Virus record (IMG/VR): IMGVR_UViG_3300042261_001430
Location: 6,589-70,588 of that record
Origin: a virus
Reading direction: 5' to 3' (one strand)
DNA length: 64,000 nucleotides
Shown: positions 49,094 to 58,972 of the stretch, piece after piece
Position numbering within the stretch: the first letter of the stretch is position 1
How the letters are laid out: every line of letters begins with the position of its first letter
The notes under the pieces: generated by a model
Database searches by the model: none
The model's input: the letters and a program-made list of their open reading frames with translations, nothing else
Told to the model about the DNA's origin: nothing
Position numbers and translations under genes: made by a program

Positions 49094-49186
49094 GTTAAGC
49101 CAACTACAGGCAACATTTCCTTCACCATTTTCGGTTTGGGGGAGTGAGGGAATTTTTGCCTTCGCGAGAAGATGGGCAAAAATTCG
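49093..49186. repeat. dispersed ~95-bp intergenic element, copy 2
   Basis: ACTACAGG...GTTTGGGGGAGTGAGG-GAATTTTTGCCTTC...GGGCAAAAATTCG. Confidence 0.7.
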
Positions 49187-49239
49187 CGAACGACAAACTA
49201 TTTATATTATAACCATATCTTCAGGTATGGAGTGTTTTT

Positions 49240-49689
49240 ATGTGTGATTCGCAAAAGGAAGTAATCAAGTTCTACATAAGAGAGAAACCGTATGGCTTTT
49301 TAAGTAATTTCTGGAGACACCGACAATTTATCGGTGGTGTTTACTTCGATACGAATGAGCACTATTATCAGTCTCAGAAGGCCAGACGAGAGGACGTTGC
49401 TACGTGGATTAAGGATGCGCCGACACCTACCCTCGCGATGGTTGCAGGAAGGACATTATCAGAAAACGAAGTTGCTCCTAATTGGGAAACCGAGAAGAAT
49501 GATGTTATGCTACGTGGTTTGAGGGCAAAGTTTTCTGATCCCAGTCTAAAACTTATGCTGGACTGGACAGGGGACGCAATTTTGATTGAGGACTCCCCTA
49601 CGGACATGTATTGGGGCGGGGCCTTAACTGGAAGTAAGAATATGCTTGGTCAATTGTTAATGGAGGTCAGGCATGAAAACCGAATCTAA
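49240..49689 (+). CDS. NADAR (YbiA-like) family protein
   Basis: YGFLSNF, TNEHYYQSQKA, M..GLRAKF, LIEDSPTDMYWG, GSKNMLGQLLMEVR. Confidence 0.92.
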   Translation: MCDSQKEVIKFYIREKPYGFLSNFWRHRQFIGGVYFDTNEHYYQSQKARREDVATWIKDAPTPTLAMVAGRTLSENEVAPNWETEKNDVMLRGLRAKFSDPSLKLMLDWTGDAILIEDSPTDMYWGGALTGSKNMLGQLLMEVRHENRI

Positions 49690-50113
49690 TAATGAAAACA
49701 TGGTTCCTTGGTATGTATATGACTTTTTGAGGGCTATTAGAGCGCGTTTGATGATAAAATTAAGTGAGGAAGGGCATGGCCTTTCTGAATATGATCCATT
49801 TGGGAGTACTGGAAAGACGTTCAATAATGATACTTTTGAAGTTTATCCAAATGGGTTCAAGTACGATGATTTTGAAGTGTCTTGGGATGGATATTTCGGA
49901 AACAAGATGTCACAAAATCGTTTTATCGATACATACGATGCGTGCCTTATGCTCGATGACTGTATTGACTCTTTGAACATGACGCCTACTTTGTGGGTTT
50001 GTTGGTGCAACGCCTGTGGAACTACGATTTCTTATCGCGGGGCAGTGCCCGATAATTTTATTTGTGCATGTAAAAACGATAACAAGCACGAAATTAGTTA
50101 CCAAGATTGGTGA
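49673..50113 (+). CDS. hypothetical protein
   Basis: 146-aa ORF. Confidence 0.5.
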   Translation: MKTESNNENMVPWYVYDFLRAIRARLMIKLSEEGHGLSEYDPFGSTGKTFNNDTFEVYPNGFKYDDFEVSWDGYFGNKMSQNRFIDTYDACLMLDDCIDSLNMTPTLWVCWCNACGTTISYRGAVPDNFICACKNDNKHEISYQDW

Positions 50114-50187
50114 TATTTGAATATCACCGAAACCTTTTTAAACAATGCACGTATTTAGGGATATACAGTTTTTGGAGTGTTTTAGTA

Positions 50188-50928
50188 ATGAAAGTGAAAG
50201 TAAAAGAGTTGGTTGATTTCCTTAATAAAGTCACAATTAACGGGGCAATTGATGACATCTTGATGGTATTTGAGAAGGATGGACTCACGATTAATGCCAA
50301 GGATATTGCTGCTACTGGTGCTGTTCGTGGACTTCTGAAGAGAGAGGGGAATTTTCAGAGTTATCAAGAAATGGAAGTCCCTATTGGTGATACGTCGAGA
50401 TTGATTGTCATTCTTAAGATGATAGAAGGGAATGCAGAGTTATTGATTGAAAATAATGTATTTAGAGTAGTAGGACAAAACGGTGTTAGTGGACACATTA
50501 TAATGGTCGATAAGAAGTTTGTAAAATCTGCCTTTCCCGCTGAGAAGTGGCCTGATCTTGGATATGACACTGGTTTTGTTGTTGATGCTAAGATTTTTGA
50601 TAATGCGAGAAAGGCGGTCGCTGAATTGACAAAGAAAAATCCAAAGGATGAATCGGGAAAACAGATATTGGCTAGCTGCCGCGATGGGTCATTTTCGCTT
50701 ACTGTTGGGGAAAGCGCAAACAGTGACCGTATTGAAATTGGTGGTGAGAAGGCTTCGTACAAGGATGCCGTTGCTACATATGGGGCCGTTTTGTTGGAAT
50801 TTTCTGTTGTGATGAAGGGGGATCTTATGATTTCTTTCGATAATAATTATCCCATGCTGGTTGTTAGTGAGAATGAAGGTGGATTTGTTGAGTGGTTCGT
50901 GTCACCAATTCTTCCAAAGGAGGAATGA
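50188..50928 (+). CDS. pcn: PCNA-like DNA sliding clamp
   Basis: About 246 aa; F..DGL.I.A.D, repeated clamp pattern, C-terminal SFDNNYPML...FVSPI; directly upstream of RFC. Confidence 0.75.
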   Translation: MKVKVKELVDFLNKVTINGAIDDILMVFEKDGLTINAKDIAATGAVRGLLKREGNFQSYQEMEVPIGDTSRLIVILKMIEGNAELLIENNVFRVVGQNGVSGHIIMVDKKFVKSAFPAEKWPDLGYDTGFVVDAKIFDNARKAVAELTKKNPKDESGKQILASCRDGSFSLTVGESANSDRIEIGGEKASYKDAVATYGAVLLEFSVVMKGDLMISFDNNYPMLVVSENEGGFVEWFVSPILPKEE

Positions 50929-50930
50929 GA

Positions 50931-51821
50931 ATGTCTAAAAAATTATTGACAGAAGAGTATAGGCCCAAGGAAGTTAAAGATATAATTGGTCTGGGCAAGC
51001 TCAATTTTAAAATTGATCAAGAGCTTCCACATTTACTTTTGTATGGTTCCGCTGGTACCGGTAAAACGACGCTCGCGAGGATCATAATAAAGGAACTCGG
51101 TTGCGATTTTAAGGAATTGAATGCCAGCGACGAGCGGGGCATTGATACGGTAAGGTCTCAGGTAAATAAGTTCGCGACCACTCAAAGTATGGATGGAAAA
51201 ATTAAGGTTATATTTTTGGATGAGGCTGATGCACTTACACCTGATGCTCAAAACTCATTAAGAAATACAATGGAAAAGTATGTGAGTAACTGTCGGTTTA
51301 TATTAACCTGTAATGATATTTCTAAGATAATAGATCCTATTCAGTCGAGGTGCTCAAAGATCGAGTTCGGGAATAATATCAAGCCTGAAGACGTTGTGAA
51401 TCGTCTCGTATATATTTGCGAAAGTGAGAAGATTCCATTTGAAAAAGAAGCACTGATTAAAATCGCAGATATGTGCGGTAATGACGTTAGACAGTGTATT
51501 AACATTGTTCAACAAAATAAAGAGAGCGGGGTAACCCTTGATAGGCTGAAGATCGAAACACGATTGGCATCAGAAATATATGCAGAGCTGGAAAAGGGTA
51601 ACTTTGACATCGCAAGGTCTATATACTTGGAAGAGAAACCAGATAGCAAACTTCTTCTCAAAGGGTTATTTGATATTGCTATCGAGTCTAAAGAGAATAT
51701 TAATGTAAAGAGGAAGTGTGTTCATGCCATTGCAAGAGGATTGAATAACATTCGGTTTGCCGCATGGCCATATATAGAAGTTGAAGATGTGTTCTTGTAT
51801 GTCATTGAGGCGCTTGAATAA
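50931..51821 (+). CDS. rfcS: clamp loader (RFC small subunit-like AAA+)
   Basis: EEYRP, PHLLLYGSAGTGKTT, ELNASDERGIDTVR, LDEAD, AQNSLR, SRC, DVR. Confidence 0.95.
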   Translation: MSKKLLTEEYRPKEVKDIIGLGKLNFKIDQELPHLLLYGSAGTGKTTLARIIIKELGCDFKELNASDERGIDTVRSQVNKFATTQSMDGKIKVIFLDEADALTPDAQNSLRNTMEKYVSNCRFILTCNDISKIIDPIQSRCSKIEFGNNIKPEDVVNRLVYICESEKIPFEKEALIKIADMCGNDVRQCINIVQQNKESGVTLDRLKIETRLASEIYAELEKGNFDIARSIYLEEKPDSKLLLKGLFDIAIESKENINVKRKCVHAIARGLNNIRFAAWPYIEVEDVFLYVIEALE

Positions 51822-52303
51822 TGTTTAATAACTTTAAAAGTTTGCGTGCTGGAGATCTTAAAAACGTTGATGATGGGATGGCCTATCCCCTTTTGAGATG
51901 GTGTTCTGGTTCACAAATAGACTTACATTGGTGTGCGGAAGTAAATCAGTTATTCTTTGGAACTCCAAATGATGTCATATTGGGTTTACTTTACTGTGGA
52001 TTGAAAGATAGTTCCAAATATATACCATATCCAAAGGCTAAGAAAGAGAAAGAAGACAAGGTATTTGAGTTAAAAAAGTCTTTACTGATGCGGTATTATG
52101 GTTGGGGTCTGAGTGAATTTGAAAAGAACCTAAGCATTTTAGAATTCGTTGACTTTGAAGAGATCGCGATAGGTCTTGGCTGCAACGAGAAGGAAAGAAA
52201 GGCATTAGGATTGCCTATAATGAAGTTGGCTAAAATCAAGTATAAGGAAGAGCCTGATGCATCAAAACCAAAAAAGAAAACAATATTTGAATTTGGAAAG
52301 TGA
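51821..52303 (+). CDS. putative second clamp-loader subunit with C-terminal PIP-like motif
   Basis: Coupled to rfcS; ends KKKTIFEFGK. Confidence 0.5.
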   Translation: MFNNFKSLRAGDLKNVDDGMAYPLLRWCSGSQIDLHWCAEVNQLFFGTPNDVILGLLYCGLKDSSKYIPYPKAKKEKEDKVFELKKSLLMRYYGWGLSEFEKNLSILEFVDFEEIAIGLGCNEKERKALGLPIMKLAKIKYKEEPDASKPKKKTIFEFGK

Positions 52304-52309
52304 TAATTA

Positions 52310-52525
52310 ATGTACGATGATATTGAAAAAATAAGGTCGTTGCTTGATGATATTGAATACGAAATGGAAGAAAAAGAGTCGGAGATAGAAGATCTGAAAG
52401 CAGAGCTGGATGATGCTTATGGTACAATTGATGATCTTGAAGCGGAAATTGAAGAACTTCGAGACGAGTTAGATGAGTTGGACTCTGGTGAGGATAATAA
52501 TAGTATAAGTATCCGTGGTGAGTAA
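52310..52525 (+). CDS. acidic coiled-coil protein
   Basis: D/E-rich heptads. Confidence 0.55.
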   Translation: MYDDIEKIRSLLDDIEYEMEEKESEIEDLKAELDDAYGTIDDLEAEIEELRDELDELDSGEDNNSISIRGE

Positions 52526-52527
52526 AG

Positions 52528-53049
52528 GTGGATCTATCAGACGTTATTAGGGATCAGAGAAAGCTTGGAAAAAGTGCTGAGCAATTACAATCTGATATAG
52601 AGTTGATTCAAGCAGTGAAGTCCGTTCCTGAACTTGATTCTTTTAGAAAATTTGTAAATAGTCTTATTGATGAAAGGATCGCAGATGTCTTAAGTACGGT
52701 AGATATCAAGGAAGAAGTTGACTTACAACAACAGGCAGAGGTACAAGCTGCCGGAATAATTAATAGGTTTGGTGTCGTTTCTTGCGATGAAATTGCCCAC
52801 CAAATCGAGCTTGATATTAACAAGTTTAGGTGTTATGTTCCTGAGTCGAAGAACGAGGCACTTGAATTTTTTTCGGATGCCAAAAAAGAAGCATGGGCAG
52901 ACGCGATTGATATCGTTTTTGATGCTAGAATTAAAAGAGAAATGGTTGAAACTGTGTTGAATATTCTAGTAAGGAACGGAACTCTCGCAAAATGTGTTGT
53001 ACAGAAGGGTTCAAAAAATATGACATTGTATTGGATAGACGATGAGTAG
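52528..53049 (+). CDS. hypothetical protein
   Basis: GGTGA RBS. Confidence 0.55.
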   Translation: MDLSDVIRDQRKLGKSAEQLQSDIELIQAVKSVPELDSFRKFVNSLIDERIADVLSTVDIKEEVDLQQQAEVQAAGIINRFGVVSCDEIAHQIELDINKFRCYVPESKNEALEFFSDAKKEAWADAIDIVFDARIKREMVETVLNILVRNGTLAKCVVQKGSKNMTLYWIDDE

Positions 53050-53060
53050 GAAGTTTTATT

Positions 53061-53501
53061 ATGGAAAAAAAATACTATCAGTCAGATAAATTAATAGATA
53101 GGATAGACTGGAAAAATATCATGCCAATGAGTAGATATGCCGGTGGGCATGATATGCAAATGGTTGGACTTCTCGAAAATGTTAAAGTTCTTGGACATTG
53201 GAACGAGGGAGATTGGCAAGGCAGTGTTGCTACATGTGTTCAGCTAAAAGATACCGAAGAGGTCGTTATTTATAACGATTATTATGGTTCGTGTTCTGGG
53301 TGTGATGCGTGGGACGGTGCATCCGATGAAGACATTGAAAGAATGTGTAAACAACTTGCAGCGGGAGCATACATATTCAATAACTTGGACGACTGTAAGG
53401 CATTTTTGGCTGATGAGGTTGATCTAAAGACTGATTTTGATTGGGATTATGATATTCGCGAAGGGTTGCTTTTATCTATTATAAATGGTGATACTTATTG
53501 A
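53061..53501 (+). CDS. hypothetical viral protein
   Basis: GDWQG...YGSCSGCD motif. Confidence 0.6.
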   Translation: MEKKYYQSDKLIDRIDWKNIMPMSRYAGGHDMQMVGLLENVKVLGHWNEGDWQGSVATCVQLKDTEEVVIYNDYYGSCSGCDAWDGASDEDIERMCKQLAAGAYIFNNLDDCKAFLADEVDLKTDFDWDYDIREGLLLSIINGDTY

Positions 53502-54238
53502 AAATATCACCATTTAATTTTGTTGAGGACACTGATTTTCACAATGCGTGGGCATCTGCAATAAAGTTTGTTATGAAAAACAAGTTTGAAATTATATTTG
53601 GTGATAAGGAAAACCCGAAGCGAGCATACGATTCTAAGCATTTGATTATTTTAACTGGTCATGCTATCAAGCAGGTTAAAGACGGCGAAGTGCATCCGTG
53701 TTTTCCGTTTAAAATGGTCGATCAGTATTCAAATGAATTATCGTGGGAGTTTTATAATAAATATGTAAATAAGCCTGACATCGAAAAATTTGATTATCTC
53801 TATTTTGAAAGATTAGCTCTCTACGGTTTGGACATTTGTGGCAAAAATATCGATCAATTGGAATATATGCGGGAAAATCTTAAGGAACAAATTGATAGCA
53901 ATGTGATTTCGAATAGAGCAATGGCCATAACATGGAAACCTGAAATAGACTGTGATCATAGTGAGACACCATGCTTGCAAAAAATACAGGTCAGATATTG
54001 TGGAAATCAAAGGGTAGATGTCCAATTGGATTGGAGAAGCAGGGATCTCTTTGGCGCATGGCAAGTTAATATAATTGGCCTTGTTAGAATGCTTTATCGT
54101 TATGTATTGAGTCCTAACGAATGTGAGATTCATAGGTTGACTGATATCAGTTTCTCTTCACATATTTATTCGTATGATTGGGCAAATGCGCAAAACGTTG
54201 AAATTTTATCAGTGAATCCAATGTTTTTTGGCAGGTAA
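53498..54238 (+). CDS. thyA: thymidylate synthase family (archaeal-type ThyA)
   Basis: Y.Y.ERL, SNRA.AITW, catalytic PCLQ, WRSRDLFGAWQVN, SSHIY. Confidence 0.85.
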   Translation: MKISPFNFVEDTDFHNAWASAIKFVMKNKFEIIFGDKENPKRAYDSKHLIILTGHAIKQVKDGEVHPCFPFKMVDQYSNELSWEFYNKYVNKPDIEKFDYLYFERLALYGLDICGKNIDQLEYMRENLKEQIDSNVISNRAMAITWKPEIDCDHSETPCLQKIQVRYCGNQRVDVQLDWRSRDLFGAWQVNIIGLVRMLYRYVLSPNECEIHRLTDISFSSHIYSYDWANAQNVEILSVNPMFFGR

Positions 54239-55275
54239 TTAATATGATATATGATATAATTTGTGGAATATTGTATTTCATTTTGTTATTGATCGTGATG
54301 ATCTTGCATTTTGTGATAGCTATTACTGGCATTTTTTTGTGTTGTGCTGGAATCGTGATGGCGAGTAAATTTCAGTTTGGTGAATCGATTTTGTGTTTAT
54401 TAGGTGCTGGGGTTCTTGTATATGTTCAAGGTTATTTAATTAAACATGGGTGGTATTAAGTATGAAAAATGCTATTATGTTATGTTTGTTTTTTGCAGTT
54501 TCTGTGTCTCCTGTTATTGCCGTTACCGGTGGTAGTAGTGATGAAAACAGTTTCATAGGTATGGTCTCATTTGAAGAATTGCTTGGGAAGTATGTTTATT
54601 TTTATGGTGATCAATTCTATGGTGGGAAGGTTCTCGATGTAATTGGTTCATTTGTATTACTTGAACATAATTATAAAAATCGATATACTAATATTGGTTT
54701 GGATCACTCATTTGTTTTATTTAATAATTCTAGTGAATATGAGAAACAAGTGGCGCAAGATAAAACTCGTGGGTGGTACTTTTGACCGAAACCTTTTTAT
54801 AGTTGATTGACACATTAAAATTTCCAGATGTGTTATAAATTTACTGATGATATCTGGAATGATACTTACCCATTGGGTTATAAACTTTTTTTGAAATGTT
54901 ACAAGCATAGTCTACTGTCTCTGCATATGGGATTTTTAAAGAGGATGAGACGACATAAGAACTTTCCTCATAGTGGTAACTTTTTTCCTATTTTTGATTT
55001 GATTAGTGGCGATATTGTTATTGGATACCGTTTTTCCGTCATTTCTGAAAATAGTGTTCGCGCACAGTCATTTGACGGAACTAACAATAGTTATGAATAT
55101 TTTGATAGCATTGATGATTCTTGGAAATTTTTGGAATCAAAAATTGAAAAATGCGTTAAACATGTTGATTGTCGATAGCAATGTTTATATAGTAGTTGAT
55201 CGTATCTATGTATTAGTAAATAAAATTTGGGTGAAATAATGACACTGAGATAGAAATTTACGGTCGGGGATAATT

Positions 55276-55821
55276 ATGAGGCGCAGAAAATTGTATGATC
55301 GTTCGCGTTGTAGGCGATGTGGTGAAATCCTTACAAAGGAAAATGCGTATAGCCGAAAGGACACATATAATAAGTTGCATATCTATTGTAAAACGTGTTA
55401 TTTGGCGATACAAAAGGAACGTAACGAAGACATTCAAAACAAAGGAAAAAAGTATACAACTTTAGTAAGAAATGGATCATATAAAGCTGTCAGAGTTTAT
55501 TTTGATTCGATTGACGAAAAACGGGAGTTTATTCGCGGACGAAAGTCATTAGCAAAATGGTATAGAAGTAATGATAGTCCGAGCACTAATGTCGGGTGCA
55601 AGGCATCCCTCGGAGATCCAGATTTTTGTGATGAGTGCGGTGGAATAATGAGATATGATGATCGGGGCATGCTATATTGTGAAAGGTGTGGTCTGGTTGC
55701 TGATGGCGTGCCTTTCTATAGAGAAAATTTATCCAATATGCTCAAGGGAAGGCATGCATGGTTTGGAACGCAAGCCGATAGTCAAATAGTTGATATTTAT
55801 TATAATAAAGGATATAGTTAA
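55276..55821 (+). CDS. Zn-finger protein with C-terminal TFIIB-type ribbon
   Basis: CRRCG..CKTC; CDECGG...LYCERCGLV. Confidence 0.6.
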   Translation: MRRRKLYDRSRCRRCGEILTKENAYSRKDTYNKLHIYCKTCYLAIQKERNEDIQNKGKKYTTLVRNGSYKAVRVYFDSIDEKREFIRGRKSLAKWYRSNDSPSTNVGCKASLGDPDFCDECGGIMRYDDRGMLYCERCGLVADGVPFYRENLSNMLKGRHAWFGTQADSQIVDIYYNKGYS

Positions 55822-55824
55822 GGA

Positions 55825-56361
55825 TTGATAATAATGTTTAATTCAGTGGGAAAGGCAATAGGAAAGTGGATTTTTGATTCACTGAACGATCCAAGTTGTG
55901 ATAATTGTATGAATTATTGCAAGGATGAAGATGGCGAAATGGAAGAAGAGTGTGCCTGTGGATGCAATTGTGGAGAAGCTGGGCCTCATGATATTTCAGA
56001 TGACGAAAAACAGAAGATGATTGATAATTGGATACCCCCTGCAAGATATTGTGTAAGGGCCGCTGGTCAGGACTACTGGTGTGATGATGTTAAGCCAAAC
56101 CCGCTATTGGGATGGGACTTGTTTTGGACCCAAAAAATAGCTGGTAAGGATCATGGAGTGACTTGTACTATTTATGATGTGGGTGTTGCTATAGTTGATT
56201 ATGAAACTCCGACTACTAAAGAAGTATTTGCCCATATAAAGCAACAGTCATTTGAATATGCGATGGAACAAGCACAAGCAGCAAAAACTATCCAAGAGGC
56301 AAATCAGGGTTCTGGCAGTAAAAAGTTACCGGAGGATGTTAATTTTGCTAGCTACGGGTAG
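55825..56361 (+). CDS. hypothetical protein
   Basis: 178-aa ORF. Confidence 0.55.
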   Translation: MIIMFNSVGKAIGKWIFDSLNDPSCDNCMNYCKDEDGEMEEECACGCNCGEAGPHDISDDEKQKMIDNWIPPARYCVRAAGQDYWCDDVKPNPLLGWDLFWTQKIAGKDHGVTCTIYDVGVAIVDYETPTTKEVFAHIKQQSFEYAMEQAQAAKTIQEANQGSGSKKLPEDVNFASYG

Positions 56362-57576
56362 GAAAGTGAAATGTAATGTATGTATTTTTCAGAGAGTTAA
56401 CGGACAATGAGATATCGGAATTAGATCCTGATATCGATTTTGTTCTAATTCTTTGGACAGAAGAAAATTGGCAAGCCTTATTTTCTTCTGATGTCAGTTT
56501 TGAACCAATTTCAGGCATATGATTTTTTAGTGCCTATATTAAAATATTTGGAGTGTATTAAAAATGTGCAAAAGCTTAGTTACTCTAGAGGTATATGATA
56601 ATGAACGCATCGCGTTTAGTGTGTTTGAAAACCTTAAGAACGAAACCGGATTATCATGGTCAATGTATAAGAAAGCGCCTGATGAGTACGGTCACACATT
56701 ATATGAAATTTATGGAATGTTTGATTTGTGTGATGTCGAATGTGCGAGATATGCCGTTAATAATGAGACCGAGGCTTTTGGGTTGTGATTGAATGACATC
56801 TATTTATTTTTGTAAGTTATGTGATTTTGAATGTGGTCGTAATCGTGACATAGAAAACCATTTGATTTATGCTCATGGTAGTGAACTTATTGGAATATTT
56901 GAAGTGAATGATGACGAATTTGTTGTTATTCCTAAAAACAGAGAGCTTTTAGCGGAGTGAACTTTGAATGAGTGAAAGAAAATTTCCTTTATTTGTTTGT
57001 ACAATGTGTGGAAAAGATTTTGAGGAGGAAAGCACTGGAACTTTTCATATACTAGCAAACCATAATGCGCTGGTGTATTTGGAAAAGCAAAACGCAAATG
57101 CAATTCCGTACAAAGATTATCTTAGGTTAATTAGCAAGGATGTAGAACTTGATGTGCATAGTTCCAGCGGGTCTATTGAATCATAATATAGATTGGCAGA
57201 ATATCCTTGACGGGAAGTTGGTCATCACCATTCAAAATCATATCGCCGTATCCACGTTGGATGAATTTAATGAGTTAATAAAAAATGAATTTGAAAGGTG
57301 TAGAGAAAAATATGAACAGAGAAATATTTGTTGAGATATATTCAACGCAATTTTCGTCTGAAGATCCGGTTATAATGGAAGATGTAACGAGCGATGATGA
57401 AATATTGAGTATGATAGAAGCAATTCCCATCGAAGACTACATGATGCTTGATTTGTATATTGATGTTGTTGATACAACGGATTTTGCATACCAAGAAAGC
57501 TTTTCGATACAGGGATGTAGAGATTTAGAGAAACTAAAAAAATTTGTTATTAATATATGGAACAAATGTATAGTAG

Positions 57577-58134
57577 GTGAACAGTGTGGCACATCCTAAT
57601 ATAATTACTGATGAGGCAAAGGCTTACATCGTTGATAATTGCCAGTTAACATCGATACAGTTGAAAAAGGATATCAAAGAAAAATTTGGAGTTGATGTTA
57701 GTGAAGTTGCTGTTTGGGAGCACATGAAAAAGGCTAGGGATCGGGCAGAGCTTGCAACAAAAACAGTTGATACACATATCAGCAAAAGGATAGCGGAACA
57801 TGTTGATAATTTTGTTGATACCATCATGGAAAGGTACCAGAAAGAAATTATAAGGACTGGAAAAATTTTAGATGGAGAGTGTGAGGATGGTTTTGAAATC
57901 GGTCCCGATAAAGACGATGATAGCAGAAAAAGCTCTTATTGGTACAACGTCTTTGTAAAACAATTTACGACATTGGCAAAGGACTATATGGCACTTAGAC
58001 CGCAGTTTCCAACGTTAGAAATAACAGGTAAGAGTGAAGAAGAGATCAAAAAAATGTATCTCGATGCATGTGATGAGGAGACCATTGCTGTATTGGAGAA
58101 TTTGGCTAGAAAAGTAGAAGAAGTGCAAAAATGA
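57577..58134 (+). CDS. hypothetical protein with N-terminal HTH-like region (terminase small subunit candidate)
   Basis: QLKKDIKEKFGVDVSEVAVWEH; function speculative. Confidence 0.4.
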   Translation: MNSVAHPNIITDEAKAYIVDNCQLTSIQLKKDIKEKFGVDVSEVAVWEHMKKARDRAELATKTVDTHISKRIAEHVDNFVDTIMERYQKEIIRTGKILDGECEDGFEIGPDKDDDSRKSSYWYNVFVKQFTTLAKDYMALRPQFPTLEITGKSEEEIKKMYLDACDEETIAVLENLARKVEEVQK

Positions 58135-58144
58135 GGTTGAATGA

Positions 58145-58921
58145 ATGGTTATTATACGGAAAAGACTAAATACAAAGAACACCACTGTATCTATGATGGC
58201 ACAAGACATATTCAATCAGTATTTGAACTCAAACTGCCCAAAAGAAGAAAAGGTCGAAGGACCAAATCCATGTAGCGGATCTAGTGGTAGATCAGCAATA
58301 GGTGGGCAGGGAAAGCAAAAAAAGAGCTTGGATGACATCGTTAAGATGGCACTAGAAGAAAACAGGAAAGCAAGGACGCCTGAAGGGGTCGCAGCAACAA
58401 AAGCTCTCGCAATAAAAGCGGAAAAAGCATATGCGTTGATGCCAAAAAGAGCAATGTCTATTGGTAGCGATGCGGGCACAGACCTGTGGGAGCATGCCGC
58501 TGTTGATGGAGCCTCTGTACAGTCATTGCTTGACCTGAAACGCTCCATTGCAGTAAAAGATGATCTAACGGATGTCGAAATGGGAGTATTGCGTTTATTG
58601 AATGAAAAACTAGATAAAGTTGACTTTATGGGTGGTATGGAATATTATCCAAAGTCTGATGTAAACCCAAAATCTACTACAGAGAAGGCATACAAGTCCG
58701 CTCTGTTGGTAGCCACTGTTGAAGATTTGAGAACTGGCAAATCAACACCGGAAGAGTTGAAGAGCACGGTAAAAACCATAGAGGGTGTAATTCAGGCTCT
58801 TAAGAAGCACGATGGGCAAGACGGTATTACTTATTCGGATGGATTCAAGAAGGCTCGCGAAAAGGAGCTTCGTGATGTCCAACATCGCATGATAACCGCA
58901 ATTCGCAAGGCAAAAGAATAA
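58145..58921 (+). CDS. hypothetical protein, possibly virion-associated
   Basis: LNSNC...PCSG motif shared with the next gene. Confidence 0.55.
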   Translation: MVIIRKRLNTKNTTVSMMAQDIFNQYLNSNCPKEEKVEGPNPCSGSSGRSAIGGQGKQKKSLDDIVKMALEENRKARTPEGVAATKALAIKAEKAYALMPKRAMSIGSDAGTDLWEHAAVDGASVQSLLDLKRSIAVKDDLTDVEMGVLRLLNEKLDKVDFMGGMEYYPKSDVNPKSTTEKAYKSALLVATVEDLRTGKSTPEELKSTVKTIEGVIQALKKHDGQDGITYSDGFKKAREKELRDVQHRMITAIRKAKE

Positions 58922-58972
58922 TTCTTTTTTATTTACGTTTATTATAATATTGGAGAAAAAGGTGGTTATGTT

